This document shows, one piece after another, positions 46,146 to 49,718 of a DNA stretch of 49,718 nucleotides. The position numbers were made by a program, and so were the translations under genes. Every line of letters begins with the position of its first letter. The first letter of the stretch is position 1. Source of the stretch: Gammaproteobacteria bacterium (lineage in GTDB: Bacteria; Pseudomonadota; Gammaproteobacteria; GCA-001735895); contig JASJBW010000002.1 of the NCBI GenBank assembly GCA_030066315.1, positions 1 to 49,718 on the forward strand. Reading direction: 5' to 3'. The notes beneath the pieces are model-generated. The model was given only the letters and a program-made list of their open reading frames with translations, searched no databases and was not told the origin of the DNA.

Positions 46146-47777
46146 ATGCAAGCACTTCTTTTGACCAGTATTCCTCTAATACCCATGCTAATGGCCTTCA
46201 TTTGTTTATCTGACCATTGGCGCCGATTGCTACCTTTACCCGCCTTGTTTGCGTTAATGATGGCCTTTTACGTACCCATCGGTACAGAAGTGACCATTCC
46301 CTGGTTATTAATGGGCGTCAGTTGGCAACTTGATGCTGTTGGACAAACTTTTCTGTTGTTCAGTGCTGTTATCTGGCTGATCGCCGGGATTTATGTAGCA
46401 TGGCACCACGATCAGAATATTAATCGGCCTATCTATCGGTGCCTGTTCCTACTCGCTATGTGCGGAAATCTGTTGCTGATCATTGCGGCCGACCTGTCCA
46501 GTTTTTACCTGGGTTTTGCCTTGATGGGATTATCCAGTTACGGCCTGATTATCAAATCTTCCCAGCTTTCGCGTCGCGCATCACGCGTTTACCTGGCCTT
46601 TACCCTGGTGGGTGAACTGGCTCTTTTCGTGGCCATGTTATTGATTTTTTCGAGTAACGGATCTTTATTATTCAGTGATATCCATGCTCAAAATTTTTCT
46701 CAAACTGCTGCCGGGCTGCTCTTGCTGGGATTCGGGATCAAACTCGCTTTACCAGGCCTGCACCCCTGGCTACCGCTAACCTATACCGCAGCACCCTTAA
46801 TCAGTGTAGCCGTATTAAGTGGACCCATGATGAAAGCCGGTTTACTGGGCTGGTTACGCTTTTTACCCGGAGGAAACGCTGGGCTGGAAAACTGGGGCAT
46901 CTTACTGATGGTTTTAGGCTTTATTGGGCTTGTGTTTGGAAGTCTTTGGGCACTGTTGCAAAAAAGACCCGCTGCAGTGCTGGCTTATTCGAGTGTTGCT
47001 AAAATGGGACTGATAAGTGCTCTATTTGGTTATGGATTAGCCCATCCCGAACACTATGCAGCGGTTACGGCAGCACTGATTTTGTTTGCCATGCATCATC
47101 TGGTGGTAAAAGCTTCGCTTTTTCTTGCCCTGGAAAATATGCGCCTACAACCAGGGCAACTCCGCTGGTTAATGGGAGCAATCGTCGTTGCCTTCAGTCT
47201 GATAGGCTTGCCGTTTTCAGCGGGTTTAGCTGCCAAGCTGGAATTACAGGAAGTTGTAACCGGCGATTTTAACAAGATACTGCTGGTCTCAGGCCTCACC
47301 GGTATTTTGATGATGGGGCATTTCATCATCCTGATTCATCGACAATGGTCAAAGACCCGACCTCAAACCGCGAATGTGGATACATTCATCCCTGTTCTTC
47401 CCATTTGGTGGTTGTTAGTACCAGTTGCCTGGTTTGCACCTTTTCTACCCTGGGCTATGAACTTCGATACAAAAAGTTTGCTCATTATTATCGTGGGTAT
47501 CTTCATTCTGGTCGGGCTTCAATCATTCTTATCTCGTGGTACGCGAACGTCAGGCTTATTTAGGCCCGGGGATGTTTTTCATTTGATAACACGTTTACGT
47601 CTGACCTACCCATTGCACTGGAAGGATTTAAACCCATTATTACCCTCACTGATATCACCCATCGCAAAACAGGATAACAAGACGGATAGCGTCAGCACTT
47701 CGATGTTACAACCTGGATTAGTATGGTTGGTATTGTTGGGATTATTACTGACCAGTTTTCTGTATTTAAATTTTTAA
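46146..47777 (+). CDS. Third, more divergent NuoL/M/N-like antiporter subunit with a long C-terminal extension
   Basis: 543 aa from the ATG 1 nt after the upstream stop. LVGELALF and IKLALPGLHPWLPLTY motifs. About 170 extra C-terminal residues carry additional TM segments. Confidence 0.7.
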   Translation: MQALLLTSIPLIPMLMAFICLSDHWRRLLPLPALFALMMAFYVPIGTEVTIPWLLMGVSWQLDAVGQTFLLFSAVIWLIAGIYVAWHHDQNINRPIYRCLFLLAMCGNLLLIIAADLSSFYLGFALMGLSSYGLIIKSSQLSRRASRVYLAFTLVGELALFVAMLLIFSSNGSLLFSDIHAQNFSQTAAGLLLLGFGIKLALPGLHPWLPLTYTAAPLISVAVLSGPMMKAGLLGWLRFLPGGNAGLENWGILLMVLGFIGLVFGSLWALLQKRPAAVLAYSSVAKMGLISALFGYGLAHPEHYAAVTAALILFAMHHLVVKASLFLALENMRLQPGQLRWLMGAIVVAFSLIGLPFSAGLAAKLELQEVVTGDFNKILLVSGLTGILMMGHFIILIHRQWSKTRPQTANVDTFIPVLPIWWLLVPVAWFAPFLPWAMNFDTKSLLIIIVGIFILVGLQSFLSRGTRTSGLFRPGDVFHLITRLRLTYPLHWKDLNPLLPSLISPIAKQDNKTDSVSTSMLQPGLVWLVLLGLLLTSFLYLNF

Positions 47778-47796
47778 ATGAACATAAGGAGGCCTC

Positions 47797-48720
47797 ATGC
47801 AACGTTTTAAAAATATCCTTTTTTTCGCACATGGTGCGGATTCGGTATCCAGCTCTTTATTACGAGCAGCAAGGCTGGCTGAATCCAATCAGGCAAGGTT
47901 AACCCTGGTGGATGTTATTGAACCGGTAGAAACACCCGCTGAAATCATGTCCAACTTTAATGTTGAATTAATTGATTTACTCAAAGACCAAAGACAGCAG
48001 GTTTTAGAACAACTGGTTGAATCCATTAACACTGATCATTCGATCATCTATACCAAGGTTCTACAGGGTTTACCTTTCGCTGAGGTGATTAAATTTGTTC
48101 AAAAAGGTGATTATGATTTACTGATCAAGGAGGCAGAACCTCCCCCAGGTATCGGCGAAAAACTATTTGGCAGCCTGGATTTGCACTTGCTACGTAAATG
48201 CCCGTGCCCGGTACTGATTGATCGTGCTGAAGTGAATGAACACTATCAGCATATTATTGGAGCGGTCGATACCGATCATGATCAGGAGTTTGCACAACAA
48301 ATAATTCAGCTGGCCACCTCATTAGCTCAAAGAGAAAATGCCAGTGTTGATATCATCAGTGCCTGGCACCTGCCAGGAGAGAGCATGTTTCGTGGTGGCC
48401 GTTTTCGCCTTCCCAGTGTAGAGTTAGAATCCATGCTGAGACACCAAGAACAGACCCATCAGAACAAACTGGATAAGATACTTGAGCCTTTCTCACTCTC
48501 CGTTGATGACAATAATGTTCAACTGGTTAAAGGTAGACCGATTGATGCCATTAATGAAACCGCGCAAAAAACCTCAGCCGATATAATCGTAATGGGCACG
48601 GTGGGTCGCGTGGGTATACCGGGACTTCTCATTGGTAATACCGCAGAGGAGGTTCTCCAAACTGCATCATGCTCAGTACTGGCCATCAAACCGGCTGGCT
48701 TCGACACCCCGGTGAAATGA
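47797..48720 (+). CDS. Tandem universal stress protein (UspA-family) domains
   Basis: 307 aa. Two Usp-like halves, the second ending in IIVMGTVGRVGIPGLLIGNTAEEVL (ATP-binding G-2x-G-9x-G(S/T)-like motif). Confidence 0.8.
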   Translation: MQRFKNILFFAHGADSVSSSLLRAARLAESNQARLTLVDVIEPVETPAEIMSNFNVELIDLLKDQRQQVLEQLVESINTDHSIIYTKVLQGLPFAEVIKFVQKGDYDLLIKEAEPPPGIGEKLFGSLDLHLLRKCPCPVLIDRAEVNEHYQHIIGAVDTDHDQEFAQQIIQLATSLAQRENASVDIISAWHLPGESMFRGGRFRLPSVELESMLRHQEQTHQNKLDKILEPFSLSVDDNNVQLVKGRPIDAINETAQKTSADIIVMGTVGRVGIPGLLIGNTAEEVLQTASCSVLAIKPAGFDTPVK

Positions 48721-48765
48721 ATTCATGTTTACCTTCTATTCCCCCAATAACTGGATACTCGTTTT

Positions 48766-49668
48766 ATGCAAAACTTGAAACTCAACTTAAAACATTTACG
48801 TTATTTCTGGTCGGTAGCCAGTCATGGGTCAATTACTAAAGCGTCAGAAGCACTTTACCTGACACCTCAAACGATCAGTGGCCAGTTGCGCGACCTGGAG
48901 GAAAGTATTGGAGAAAAACTCTTTGAGCGCGAAGGCCGTAATCTGGTATTGAGCGAAACGGGGCGTATGGTGTTTTCTTATGCTGACGAAATGTTCCAAC
49001 TTGGGCTTGAATTACAGGATGTTCTGGAGGGCCAGACTCCTGGCACTTCCATCACGGTTAAAGTGGGCGTCGCCATGATTGTTCCCAAACTACTGGCTTA
49101 CCGGGTGTTGGAACCCGTATTACAGATGAGTGAGTCGATTAACCTGATCTGCCATGAAGCACCACTGGTAGATTTACTGGCTGATATGTCTGTCCATAAA
49201 CTGGATGCAGTATTATCTGACAGTCCGTTGAATCCATCTTTGAACATCCGTGCCTATAATCACTCACTGGGTGAATCAGGCATTACTTTTTTCGCCATAC
49301 CCAGACAAGCGAAAAAGCTGGAAAAGAACTTTCCAGAAAACCTGAATGATTTTCCATTCCTGATGCCCAGCAAAAGCAGCACACTGCGCAGAAACCTGGA
49401 AAACTGGTTTGAACAGCAGGGCATTAAACCCAGGGTGGTTGCCGAATTTGAAGACCGGGCACTGATGAAGGCTTTTGGAGAACGCGGCACCGGAGTCTTT
49501 ACTTCCCCACAAACCATGGAAAAGGATGTATTAGAAAAATATGGTGTCAGAGTGATTGGGCGAACCGAAGAGGTTCGTGAACATTACTATATCATTTCGC
49601 CTGAAAGACGTATTAAAAACCCAGCTGTTACTGCAATTACTGAAGCTGCTCGAAATTATTTATTCTAA
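48766..49668 (+). CDS. nhaR: LysR-family transcriptional activator NhaR
   Basis: N-terminal LKHLRYFWSVASHGSITKASEALYLTPQTISGQLRDLEESIGEKLFEREGR closely resembles the E. coli NhaR wHTH as recalled. Confidence 0.8.
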   Translation: MQNLKLNLKHLRYFWSVASHGSITKASEALYLTPQTISGQLRDLEESIGEKLFEREGRNLVLSETGRMVFSYADEMFQLGLELQDVLEGQTPGTSITVKVGVAMIVPKLLAYRVLEPVLQMSESINLICHEAPLVDLLADMSVHKLDAVLSDSPLNPSLNIRAYNHSLGESGITFFAIPRQAKKLEKNFPENLNDFPFLMPSKSSTLRRNLENWFEQQGIKPRVVAEFEDRALMKAFGERGTGVFTSPQTMEKDVLEKYGVRVIGRTEEVREHYYIISPERRIKNPAVTAITEAARNYLF

Positions 49669-49718
49669 AATAGAGGTCGTTAATTTAAGAATCTTGCATT
49701 TGCTAAAATTGATTCGGT

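Noticed and set aside
1-49718. tRNA, rRNA, integrase/transposase genes or flanking direct repeats that would mark the rhodopsin cluster or the GC-rich block as a mobile island
   Set aside because: Scanning the long intergenic regions by eye found no cloverleaf-like sequences, and no ORF has recombinase or transposase motifs. A tRNAscan/Infernal run would be needed to exclude small RNAs formally.

Overview
This is a 49.7-kb, moderately AT-rich chromosomal segment. It looks like a marine gammaproteobacterium because it carries nhaA/nhaR, folM-like, ypfJ-like and yebE-like genes, but that assignment is inference only. No rRNA, tRNA, CRISPR array, transposase or integrase was recognised.

Gene content in order:
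- A Lys/Ala-rich histone-H1/AlgP-like protein.
- A minus-strand suf Fe-S assembly operon (sufB-C-D, DUF59/SufT, sufA-like, sufE) with no sufS.
- A NaChBac/NavAb-type voltage-gated Na+ channel.
- An HPF/RaiA-like protein and small housekeeping or unknown genes: a FAD oxidoreductase, TIGR02450, YpfJ peptidase, GGCT and an RNase J-like protein.
- An AT-rich stretch of small genes: HiPIP, DUF2805, a secreted orphan, a SnoaL-like protein, a 309-aa orphan, hemerythrin and DUF4149.
- Two periplasmic metal-type proteins: a His-rich fasciclin and a Met/Pro-repeat cupredoxin.
- A 10.5-kb minus-strand 'light' supercluster: proteorhodopsin, crtE-I-B-Y, blh, idi, a photolyase, an unlisted DUF2256 mini-ORF and a COG3046-type photolyase-related protein.
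- folM-like, followed by a GC-richer block (lipoprotein, VWA protein, membrane J-domain protein).
- DUF971, nhaA, and a persulfide dioxygenase plus rhodanese operon.
- A same-strand trio: an eRF1-like (baeRF-type) protein, an HPF-like mini-protein and a TerB/DUF533 protein.
- A fully translationally coupled Mrp-like operon in the order (leader ORF)-E-F-G-B-C-D-D-D', then a tandem USP and nhaR.

The most unusual candidates are the eRF1-like/HPF-like/TerB trio, the VWA/J-domain/lipoprotein block, and the His-rich fasciclin plus Met/Pro-repeat cupredoxin pair. All functional calls rest on motif recognition by eye and need profile or structure searches.
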